Shown piece by piece: positions 37,839 to 46,190 of a DNA stretch of 64,000 bases (position 1 is the stretch's first letter; every line of letters begins with the position of its first letter). A program made the translations under genes and the position numbers. The notes beneath the pieces were generated by a model. It made no database searches and was not told the origin of the DNA. It saw nothing but the letters and a program-made list of their open reading frames with translations. Source of the DNA: a virus; the IMG/VR virus record IMGVR_UViG_3300025137_000026, positions 1 to 64,000 of that record, one strand, 5' to 3'.

Positions 37839-38597
37839 TTATGCCACAAGAAGGTGGCGGTTAGCGTTGCGACTAGACACAACAAATGGATCATTAGAAC
37901 CCTTAGCATCACCCTTAGCCTTAAGAGCGATAACATCATTCTTCTTAGTAAGATTAAACAAGTCTGACTTATCTCCATCATGTACTACACGACCAAGGAA
38001 CTCCTTAGGGAACTCACAATCAAACACCACTGCCATAGGGGCATCAGTCTTTAAGGCACGTTGTACAGAAGGTTGGTAGTTAGGCATACCACTCCAAGAG
38101 AACATCAATGGATAGTTATCAGGAGTCTTACCAATCCGACTAGACATCTTAGTGTAGTCATAGAAGAAAAGGTTAGGGAACTGCTGCGGTATCTCATATC
38201 TTTTATTCTCCCATACAATATCGGAGATAACATTGAGACGTACAACTCCTTGTACACCTTGCTTGGTAGTCAGTTTCTCGAAGTTATGTAACTCCTTAGT
38301 CAACTGAGCCAAGAAAGACTCACGATCATCCCTAAGCCAATCACGTTTCTTTTCACGACCTATCCGTACATTGTCGAACTTGCCATAGCCTGCTGACATG
38401 AGGCATGGTTTCTGACAACCTGCCAACCTAGAAGCTGGACAAGCCCAATCCGATGGAGCTAGGCTCAATCCGGCTACCCTCATTCCAGTAGGCTTCTTGC
38501 TCATAACCTTGCCGATCATAGTAAAGATACCATCACTGATATTTGCGTTATTCTTACGGAGCTTTGTGTTGCCCCCACCTGTATCTAATAGTTTCAT
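37839..38597 (-). CDS. GP88-like protein (radical-SAM-related phage family); likely start MKLLDTGG
   Basis: NTKL.K, LSLAP, CP.....C...CL, VRLNVISDI.WE, FYDYTK, DGD.SD.F, LKAKG.A. Confidence 0.75.
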   Translation of the reverse strand: MKLLDTGGGNTKLRKNNANISDGIFTMIGKVMSKKPTGMRVAGLSLAPSDWACPASRLAGCQKPCLMSAGYGKFDNVRIGREKKRDWLRDDRESFLAQLTKELHNFEKLTTKQGVQGVVRLNVISDIVWENKRYEIPQQFPNLFFYDYTKMSSRIGKTPDNYPLMFSWSGMPNYQPSVQRALKTDAPMAVVFDCEFPKEFLGRVVHDGDKSDLFNLTKKNDVIALKAKGDAKGSNDPFVVSSRNANRHLLVA

Positions 38598-38613
38598 ATT
38601 ATTTATCCTTTCA

Positions 38614-38817
38614 TTATACTTGGTTTCCGATTTCACAGAACTCTGTTCCAGTATCATCTGCCCAGCAGTTCAGCAAATCCTCTTCCACTAGCTCTTCCCA
38701 TCCATCTTGCGTGTCGAAATCTGACTTGCGAGCAAGATCACCTTCGATCAAGATTCTAGTAAAAAGATTTTTAGCGTTATCAGAAAGATCACGGATTGTT
38801 TTTAGTGTGTTATTCAT
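38614..38817 (-). CDS. Hypothetical early protein
   Basis: 67-aa ORF in array. Confidence 0.55.
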   Translation of the reverse strand: MNNTLKTIRDLSDNAKNLFTRILIEGDLARKSDFDTQDGWEELVEEDLLNCWADDTGTEFCEIGNQV

Positions 38818-38826
38818 AGTATTTAT

Positions 38827-39174
38827 TTAGTTAATTTGCTTCTTGTTTCTTTTATTAGTTCTTCTCCAATATTGGGCGGCGGACCTCGTCGCGACCTCAT
38901 TGGCAGAACCTGTTCTTAAGTTAATCCATGCCCAACAAACCTTGTTGATTACTTCCATCATACTACCTTCCACTATCTTATGTTCTAAGATAGTCTTATG
39001 GAGTGCAGATAGTGCAGGGTCTGCTTTGCCATAGTCCTTTTGAAACAGATCGTAGTCATGTCCTTGCATGAAATTCAGACCGATGATCGTTCCTTCGTAG
39101 TCCCTCACAATCAGGATCCACCGATCATTCTCGGCATCCCAATAGTGTTCGTTTTGTTTTATTAATTTACTCAT
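38827..39174 (-). CDS. Hypothetical early protein
   Basis: 115-aa ORF in array. Confidence 0.6.
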   Translation of the reverse strand: MSKLIKQNEHYWDAENDRWILIVRDYEGTIIGLNFMQGHDYDLFQKDYGKADPALSALHKTILEHKIVEGSMMEVINKVCWAWINLRTGSANEVATRSAAQYWRRTNKRNKKQIN

Positions 39175-39470
39175 TCCATTAACCTTTCTATTTTTTGTTT
39201 TACTGCTTTAGCTAGCGCTAGTTTATCCTCACCATGATCAGGATCCTCGGGCAGATTCATCTCAAGACTTTCAATCTCGAACTCCATAGCCACTTGAATG
39301 GCATTGAGTTGCTTGTCTGTTAGGAACAATGCATGAGGGTGATCTTGTACCTCACGGATTACCTTATCGATAGTCGGCAGACGCACTTCATAGGTCTTGC
39401 ACGATGAGTTGTGATACTTCCACGCAAGTTCATTGAGTCCTTGGTAGATTAGTTTCTGTATTAGTTTCAT
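39171..39470 (-). CDS. Hypothetical early protein
   Basis: 99-aa ORF in array. Confidence 0.6.
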   Translation of the reverse strand: MKLIQKLIYQGLNELAWKYHNSSCKTYEVRLPTIDKVIREVQDHPHALFLTDKQLNAIQVAMEFEIESLEMNLPEDPDHGEDKLALAKAVKQKIERLME

Positions 39471-39473
39471 TAT

Positions 39474-40007
39474 TTATTCTCCTTTGTTTGGTTGTTTTGA
39501 TTGCTTCCTCTCATCGAGGACTTGCTCGTAGTTCTCTTCGAGCCATAGTTTCGCTCGGTATCTGTTGTCGAATGGCCCCTTGATATGCTCGACTTCGTTC
39601 TCTTCCCTGGAGAGCCATCTTCTAACGACTTCATATGTGCCATCCTCATGATCAATGACATAGAATAGACCATCTTTAGTCTCTACCTCATCGATCTTGA
39701 AGGTGTAGCACCATGCCTCAACAGACCAAGTACTATTCAGCCCACACATATACCATCTGCATGAGTTGAATAGGTCATTGATGATGCGTTCGATTGAACT
39801 GATCGCATTCATACCAAGATGATATCTGTCGGTTGAAACCTCACGCTCTGATGCGTTCCATTGGTCATACATATAATTCATGACTCGCCCTTGGTTCAGT
39901 AGCAGACGTCTGTTCCATGTATGTACGTTAATTAAGTCGGAGAACTTCTTAGCTTCGATAGCTACCATCTCCATGAATGATATTGGGTTTATTGTTTTCT
40001 TACTCAT
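39474..40007 (-). CDS. Hypothetical early protein
   Basis: 177-aa ORF in array. Confidence 0.65.
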   Translation of the reverse strand: MSKKTINPISFMEMVAIEAKKFSDLINVHTWNRRLLLNQGRVMNYMYDQWNASEREVSTDRYHLGMNAISSIERIINDLFNSCRWYMCGLNSTWSVEAWCYTFKIDEVETKDGLFYVIDHEDGTYEVVRRWLSREENEVEHIKGPFDNRYRAKLWLEENYEQVLDERKQSKQPNKGE

Positions 40008-40540
40008 TTGATTTTTCCTATTTTTATTGATGTTAATTTGAGGTCTACGAATTTGCCGTCTCTGTTGAATACTTCTAGGTCTGCTACCTTAATTGCATTA
40101 TCCCATCCTATGATGCTTGGGTGTTGGAGATAGACTCCAAACTGATCCTGACCTTCATCTCTCAGCCTTAATGTATCCAAGTATCCAAACTGCTTATGGA
40201 TGAGTTCATTTTGCTCTTCTTGGGGAAGATCGAAGTGTAAGGTTTCGACAACAAGTGCTATTGTCTCGACATGACCATCACGCAACCAATTGACTCTTCT
40301 ACTTATACCAATTACGGCAGAGTCCTCGACTGCTTGCCCTCTATCTTCAAGAGGTACTGCAAAGAGCCTATCGAAGTGAGACTTTATCTCACTAGCTACA
40401 TCCTTAGGTAGCTCCTCGTAAGGTGTATCATTGGGTTGTGCCTCAATGGTATCTTCGTTTATATATATGTATCGCTCCTCCTTACCATCGGTAAAGAGGA
40501 GGCATATGCTAGCTATATTACTTGCTTTTATTATAATCAT
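40004..40540 (-). CDS. Hypothetical early protein
   Basis: 178-aa ORF; GTAACCCAT 26 nt upstream. Confidence 0.65.
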   Translation of the reverse strand: MIIIKASNIASICLLFTDGKEERYIYINEDTIEAQPNDTPYEELPKDVASEIKSHFDRLFAVPLEDRGQAVEDSAVIGISRRVNWLRDGHVETIALVVETLHFDLPQEEQNELIHKQFGYLDTLRLRDEGQDQFGVYLQHPSIIGWDNAIKVADLEVFNRDGKFVDLKLTSIKIGKIK

Positions 40541-40562
40541 AATTGTTTCCTATATTTATGGG

Positions 40563-41276
40563 TTACTTTATTACTTCGTGGAAGAATGTGTAGAAGTCCC
40601 CGAAGGATACTTGTACGTTGAAGAACTTGCTTCCATTGCCTGTGTCTCCAAACCACTTGGATACTGCAATCTGTTCTTCATGCTGACCATCTTGATGATC
40701 CATTGGTGCGATCCACCACTCGCCATACTCTTCTCCACGAGAGTCTTCAAGACGATAGATGTATTGAGTATCATTATCTCTGTACCAAGTGGGTACTAGC
40801 TCAGCCACAAGCCCAAGGTTACCCTCAAGCAATTTCCTTACAACCTTGTGTCCGTTTTGCGATGCATCAAACCAAGTCGGCATGAACCTTGGGTCACCAT
40901 AGCAAGAGTCAGCATAATCCATCATATGATTAATCCATTTATATATATGAATATCACTATCCAAATCTCTCTGCTTCATGGTAAGAGCATCATCAAGTAA
41001 TGCATGAGGTTCATGGGAAGCATCGCCACCATCCCTCGATGCCTCTAGAATCCATTTCTCATCTTCAAATCCAAGGTAACGAGTAGCCTTATCGCCACAA
41101 GTTTCCCCTATGAATGATTGCAGATCATAGTATTCTTCATTAATAATTGCGCCGACGTCTGGAGAGGTATCACTCTCCAATGCCTTCTGTAATTTTCTTA
41201 CTGCACGACGTGCAAGCTTGATTACATACTGATATGTAGTGCTATGTTTATATGGTGTGTATTTATTTTCGTTCAT
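40563..41276 (-). CDS. Hypothetical early protein
   Basis: 237-aa ORF in array. Confidence 0.65.
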   Translation of the reverse strand: MNENKYTPYKHSTTYQYVIKLARRAVRKLQKALESDTSPDVGAIINEEYYDLQSFIGETCGDKATRYLGFEDEKWILEASRDGGDASHEPHALLDDALTMKQRDLDSDIHIYKWINHMMDYADSCYGDPRFMPTWFDASQNGHKVVRKLLEGNLGLVAELVPTWYRDNDTQYIYRLEDSRGEEYGEWWIAPMDHQDGQHEEQIAVSKWFGDTGNGSKFFNVQVSFGDFYTFFHEVIK

Positions 41277-41281
41277 GTTGA

Positions 41282-41536
41282 TTATCCTTTTTTATATTGT
41301 TGTAGGTTTAGGTTAAATTCATCTTCAAGTAGTTCTAGAATCACATTGCTCGTTATGATTTCATAATGCTTATCCAAGATAGTCAGAGCTTCAACCAAGG
41401 CATCCCCAACCTCCTTCCTCTTATCATCACCGATCCATCTTAGATTTTCAGATTGTAGTTTTAGTTTACCAATGGAAATGGTGAATGTGTGAAACCCATC
41501 CTCATCTCCGATTAGTTCTAATTTAATTTCACTCAT
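41282..41536 (-). CDS. Hypothetical early protein
   Basis: 84-aa ORF in array. Confidence 0.6.
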   Translation of the reverse strand: MSEIKLELIGDEDGFHTFTISIGKLKLQSENLRWIGDDKRKEVGDALVEALTILDKHYEIITSNVILELLEDEFNLNLQQYKKG

Positions 41537-41537
41537 A

Positions 41538-42239
41538 TTATTTACTTTCTATTTTTAGTTTTAGTTGATTAGGATGATCCTTGAATAGGTTTAGCATCCT
41601 TGGGTTTTCTTCATCATCAATCCATGCCGTAGCATCATAGTCGCCAATTCTTTTTATCTCCCATGCCTCCTCTTCGATAGTCTCACCGACATCCAAGCCA
41701 CGTGCTATCTCAATGAGCCGATCCTTGACATAGACATTCCATTGAGCATCCCTCATCTCTTCATCGGAAGGTGAGCTATTCTCATCATGGCAGTATCCAT
41801 TATCTGTTAGATGTGAGTACATATCAGAGAAGTCATCCAATCCCTCACCAATCTCGAACCATGAATCAATGCAGTTCTCGATAGTCCTCAAGGCATCCTC
41901 ATACTCACGCTCTGAGTAATCTTCGTCATTAAGAATAGGATAGTTGGCAAGCGATGCTTCAATCTCTTCTGCCAACTTGTAAGCCTCAGGTATATTGATA
42001 TCTACAGATAGATACTCAACCCAACCACAAGCCCAATGACCGACGCGAGTAATATCATACTCAAGTTTTGCTTCATCAAACATCTTGATGGCACAATCCC
42101 AATTAGAATTAGATGCCAAACTAGAGTCACGATTACGACCAAGTACCACATATAGTTCTTGGCTAGGTCTTTCACCCATGTAGTTACCCCAAGAATCCAT
42201 ACCACTTGGGTTTTGCATTACATCATATAGTTTATCCAT
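41538..42239 (-). CDS. Hypothetical early protein (RDS...SN / GHWACGWVE family)
   Basis: RDSSLASNSNW...GHWACGWVEYL...L.NYPILNDEDYSERE. Confidence 0.7.
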   Translation of the reverse strand: MDKLYDVMQNPSGMDSWGNYMGERPSQELYVVLGRNRDSSLASNSNWDCAIKMFDEAKLEYDITRVGHWACGWVEYLSVDINIPEAYKLAEEIEASLANYPILNDEDYSEREYEDALRTIENCIDSWFEIGEGLDDFSDMYSHLTDNGYCHDENSSPSDEEMRDAQWNVYVKDRLIEIARGLDVGETIEEEAWEIKRIGDYDATAWIDDEENPRMLNLFKDHPNQLKLKIESK

Positions 42240-42243
42240 TATT

Positions 42244-42624
42244 TTATCCCTCCTCGTTGGTTATCTCAGCACCCTCATAGTATCTTGAGCCGAATACATT
42301 CTCGTATCCGTACTGCCAAAGAAGGTCTGATATTTTGTTAGGTAAGTCTCTTTTATCCCATTCATCCTTGGTGCATCCGAAGCTACTCAACAGAGACGCG
42401 AAGTCTGCCCAAGAATACTCTTCATAGATATCCATATTCTTATTATGTTCAGTCTTTTGGAATCTATTGTACTCACTTCCATCCATAGCCACGCCATAGA
42501 TAAAGATGTACTCTTCATCAGTCTCCTTCCATGCTAGTCCGTACTCAAAGAGGGATATATCTAGGCTTGCATCGCAACCCATATAGCCCTCTGTTTTTAA
42601 TTTAGTTATACTTGTATCTTCCAT
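42244..42624 (-). CDS. Hypothetical early protein
   Basis: G.DASL.ISLFEYGL...YGYENVFG. Confidence 0.7.
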   Translation of the reverse strand: MEDTSITKLKTEGYMGCDASLDISLFEYGLAWKETDEEYIFIYGVAMDGSEYNRFQKTEHNKNMDIYEEYSWADFASLLSSFGCTKDEWDKRDLPNKISDLLWQYGYENVFGSRYYEGAEITNEEG

Positions 42625-43130
42625 TATTTTATTACCTTTCCTTTGTTAGATATGAGCAGACCCTTAGTGTGGTCACACTCATGTTGAAATACACGTGCTA
42701 AGTCTCCACTCATCCACGCAGTACATAAGTTCCCTCTCGTGTTGTACCAATTAGCACGAATCCTTTTGGATCGGCTTACCTTGTACTTGCCATCCAAGGA
42801 TAGGCATCCCTCTGCCTTGCGAGAAATACCTCTGTGTTGATCCACCCACGATGGATTACAGAATATAATATACTTACCTCTCTCAAAGGGATTAGCATAT
42901 TCTCCACTACTACGAATAAGCATCCTTGAGCTATAGTATTCGTTATCAATTATGAATGATGCACAATCGACACCGACTTGGTTCATAGCCAAGCCGACAC
43001 CATTATTTTCCTTCATCACCTGAAAAGCTTCATCTGCCATGCCTTCCAGTACGTTTTTATCCCATTTATCCTTCCTCCAAGGACTAGACTTAGCTAAGAG
43101 GAGAGGATGATCTGAATTAATAAGGTTCAT
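42624..43130 (-). CDS. def: Peptide deformylase (phage-encoded); likely start MNLINSD
   Basis: All three PDF motifs: GVGLAMNQVG, EGCLS, QHECDH. Confidence 0.92.
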   Translation of the reverse strand: MNLINSDHPLLLAKSSPWRKDKWDKNVLEGMADEAFQVMKENNGVGLAMNQVGVDCASFIIDNEYYSSRMLIRSSGEYANPFERGKYIIFCNPSWVDQHRGISRKAEGCLSLDGKYKVSRSKRIRANWYNTRGNLCTAWMSGDLARVFQHECDHTKGLLISNKGKVIK

Positions 43131-43281
43131 CTTCTTACTTTGTTGCGAGGCAAGTGATGCCTCATGGTTTGTGACTTTCTTGCGATGAAGTTCTGACGAA
43201 CCCCAGCCCAAGTATTATTACGCTCGGTCAGTTCATGGATGAACCAAACCAAGTACTGCTCAATGTCCCTCAATCTGAACT

Positions 43282-43497
43282 TCATGCTTTCCCTTTCCTT
43301 GCCCACTTTAAGCGAGTCTTCGAGTTAGGTTGCCCATGATGAGGGCGGTAAGATTTAGTCTTGCCCTTACGAATAGGAGGAACGAGTGACTCGTCCCCAA
43401 CATTCATGTCGAGATGGAAGTAATCAGAGTACTGACCTCTGATCATTCCATCGATGTGACTCAGGTTTTTGCGCTGACCATTGTATACTACTTTCAT
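43282..43497 (-). CDS. Small basic hypothetical protein
   Basis: 71-aa ORF; GTAACCCAA 28 nt upstream. Confidence 0.55.
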   Translation of the reverse strand: MKVVYNGQRKNLSHIDGMIRGQYSDYFHLDMNVGDESLVPPIRKGKTKSYRPHHGQPNSKTRLKWARKGKA

Positions 43498-43618
43498 TTT
43501 ATTGTATCCTAGTTATTTGGGTTACAGAAGGCCATCTAAAATGATGGCAAGAATCCCCATGCCAAATAGCATAGGGACGAGAATGTTTGGTTTATTCAAT
43601 AAAGATTCAATCATGGTC

Positions 43619-44044
43619 TTACCTAGTTTGATCGATGACTGCTCCTTTAGTGGCAACCAACTGATAGTTGATATGATCGCGCTTGGCATCACACAAAATG
43701 GTGCAACCAATGATATGGGCTAACTCCATTGCCTCGGTCATGATGTTCTTTGCCTCTTCCTCTAAGAGATGCCTCAATTCGGCATACTCATAACCTTGTC
43801 CCATATCAGCATCCCACATATCGTGACATGCAGTGGTTATTTTCTCGTTTACCTTGATGAGTTTATTCAGAAGCCCCATGATCTTTGGCAAGGGACGTTC
43901 AGGTTCTGCAACACAGGGAAGCAGATTTGCAAGTTGGTAGAATGAATCATCCATATGTATTTTGTCTGTTTTAACGAGTAGACCTCTCGATTGAATTAAT
44001 TTGTTAGTGAATGCAAGGGACGAACAAAGTATTATTTTGCTCAT
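43619..44044 (-). CDS. Hypothetical early protein (first gene after the terminator)
   Basis: 141-aa ORF; start may be 43954. Confidence 0.55.
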   Translation of the reverse strand: MSKIILCSSLAFTNKLIQSRGLLVKTDKIHMDDSFYQLANLLPCVAEPERPLPKIMGLLNKLIKVNEKITTACHDMWDADMGQGYEYAELRHLLEEEAKNIMTEAMELAHIIGCTILCDAKRDHINYQLVATKGAVIDQTR

Positions 44045-44054
44045 CTCCTAAGGA

Positions 44055-44097
44055 AAATGAAAAAGCCCTCCCAGAACGTTTAGCTCTGGAAGGGCTT
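44055..44097 (-). terminator. Rho-independent terminator, minus strand
   Basis: 13-bp stem aagcccttccaga/tctgggagggctt (one U-G wobble only on the minus strand) followed by a U-tract. Confidence 0.85.
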
Positions 44098-45300
44098 AGT
44101 TTTGCATCGCATATGTAGCGTCAGCGAGATACGACAGCCATACATACCGAATACGTGTTGGATACGTATAATCTACGTAGCGTACTACGTAACAAATACG
44201 TATCGATTAACGATGTGATCGCAGATATTGCACTGCGGTTAATATGAACACCCTCTAAGGTAGCTCCCTAGTTATAGTACTAGTTACTTCACTCTTTCAT
44301 GGTTAACAACTCCACTAGGCATTGAATGATACCTAAGCATTTTTTCCGTTAGTCTAACGTTCTATCCCAAAGTTGCATACGGATTACTAATCTAGACAAG
44401 TTCATTGATCCACGTAGAGACTCACGTGTATGTACCCCATTAAATTCACATAGCGTGCTAATAGCCATGCTTCGCCCCCTTCCTCTCATCGACTACGTCC
44501 ATAAGAAGTAGGTTGGGTGGGAGATTGAAATATTCGATCAATGCACCAAATTGTAGAAATTATAGCCATGCTCCGAACATGATTCTAATATACTTATCTA
44601 TACGACTGCCCTTTTTCCAACTAGTTGTAACTAGTCGAGACTTTATCGCAATGCGGTTCGCGCATCGAACTCAATCAAAGTCTTTTCGTCCGCCCATGAG
44701 GAATTTTCCCCCACACTTGGACACCGCCATTCTTGACGCTTTGATTAAGCTAAATTCTGTGATTGATCCTAAGAGACAATCCTTTCGGGATTGATAACAC
44801 AACGAGTTGTTTCTGCCATGCTTATTCTTCTACGCGTGTCGCTATAAGTTTATTTGCTTTGTTCTTTAATGGTACGGAGTACTAGGTTAAGTCCGACTAT
44901 TTGCACCGACTTTGCAGATCGTACTAGTTTATTAAAAAACCGATCCTTTGATGGCAAAGCCTTTGCAACATGACGCTTTCACGCTAAATCCTAAGATATA
45001 CCGAACGCTACAAATTTCTGCGTCGATTGATCACAATTTATAATTGCTACATAGATAATTTTTATTCCATTGAAATAAAAATGTTTAACTTTCAAAGAGC
45101 ATCACAAGCCCCAATTTTTGGGGAACAAATCGAAAAAGTTTTATCTCAAATTTTGAGCAATTTCGATTTGCTATGATATAAAAAGAACATGACTCACAAT
45201 CATCTAAATTTTAGACTTGCGGGCTTGCCAACCGCTTAAAGCTTGTTTGCTATTCTCTTTGCCTTTGCCTAGTCCAACGCTAGGCAAAGGACATCTTCGC
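44060..45300 (-). ncRNA. Candidate large structured non-coding RNA (~1.2 kb)
   Basis: No credible ORF; at least 9 hairpins; UACG and GAAA loops and G-U pairs favour the minus strand; ends in a terminator. Confidence 0.55.
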
Positions 45301-45305
45301 AGCGC

Positions 45306-45935
45306 TTAGCTATTTTCGAGCGCTTCGAGCCGTGCCATTAGATCGGCGTTGGCTTGTTGCAATTCGTCAATCTTTTGTTGCGCACTTCTATTGTTAGCCA
45401 TGTCATGATTTTTGTGGGTAACTTTTTTCAGTCGCTGATATTTTGCGACTGACTCGCCATTATTTTTTACCTTCATTCCTGTAAGGATTAATCCTTCTCT
45501 TTCCTCAATTTCCGCTCTGTAGGCGTTGGCTAAGTTTTTAAGATAGTTAACGCCATTGTAGAATCCATTTATATATCTATTCTTTACTGATAGCGTTAAA
45601 CGTTTTCCACCGCCGTTCTTTGGTTCTTTGCCAAACTCGTTAGCTAGCTCTTCATTTAGCGCTTTGCCGATTTCAGTCGGCGTGAGGTTTTTCAATTTTG
45701 GCTCAATCTTTCGAAAGGCATCCCAATGATAATTCGCGCTTGTATCTTTGTTTTCAATTTCAGTAACTTGCTCATTAGTTAGGCAATTTAGATTCGAGAA
45801 TTTAATCTCATAGCCAACTTGATTGCCTCCACTTTGAACTAACGTTTCCTTGTTAGTTGTAACTTTACTCAGTAACATTGTAGTAGTAAAGCCATTGGTT
45901 TGACTTTGTTTATTTTCTTGGATTGTAAGGCTCAT
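45306..45935 (-). CDS. Hypothetical first-early protein (likely start MSLTIQE)
   Basis: Long ORF at the head of the leftward unit; basic, with a C-terminal coiled coil. Confidence 0.7.
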   Translation of the reverse strand: MSLTIQENKQSQTNGFTTTMLLSKVTTNKETLVQSGGNQVGYEIKFSNLNCLTNEQVTEIENKDTSANYHWDAFRKIEPKLKNLTPTEIGKALNEELANEFGKEPKNGGGKRLTLSVKNRYINGFYNGVNYLKNLANAYRAEIEEREGLILTGMKVKNNGESVAKYQRLKKVTHKNHDMANNRSAQQKIDELQQANADLMARLEALENS

Positions 45936-46041
45936 AACTTTTATATTTTGATTTGATTTGGTTATTGTTGATATACATAAGTGTACACTAAGGATATTGC
46001 CACAAGCAAAAGCTTTGCCTATCAATGACTTATGTAATATG

Positions 46042-46067
46042 TGTTACCTTATGCCCATAAGGTTACA
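46042..46067. promoter_or_regulatory. Imperfect palindrome TGTTACCTTA-N6-TAAGGTTACA
   Basis: Inverted repeat with 6-bp spacer at the divergence point, next to a G-rich/AT-rich tract. Confidence 0.5.
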
Positions 46068-46190
46068 AAGGGGGGCTTGGGGGGGAGCCGGGCCGGCCTG
46101 TATATTATATATATGCACCGTTTCTGAACTTTCCTTATTCCAGCACAATCCGACTTGCAGCTTTGTTAGTTACCAAGTAATATAAGTTAC

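Noticed and set aside
44513-44794. 93-aa + strand ORF in the non-coding block
   Set aside because: TTG start, opposite strand to all neighbours, no recognisable motif, overlaps hairpins
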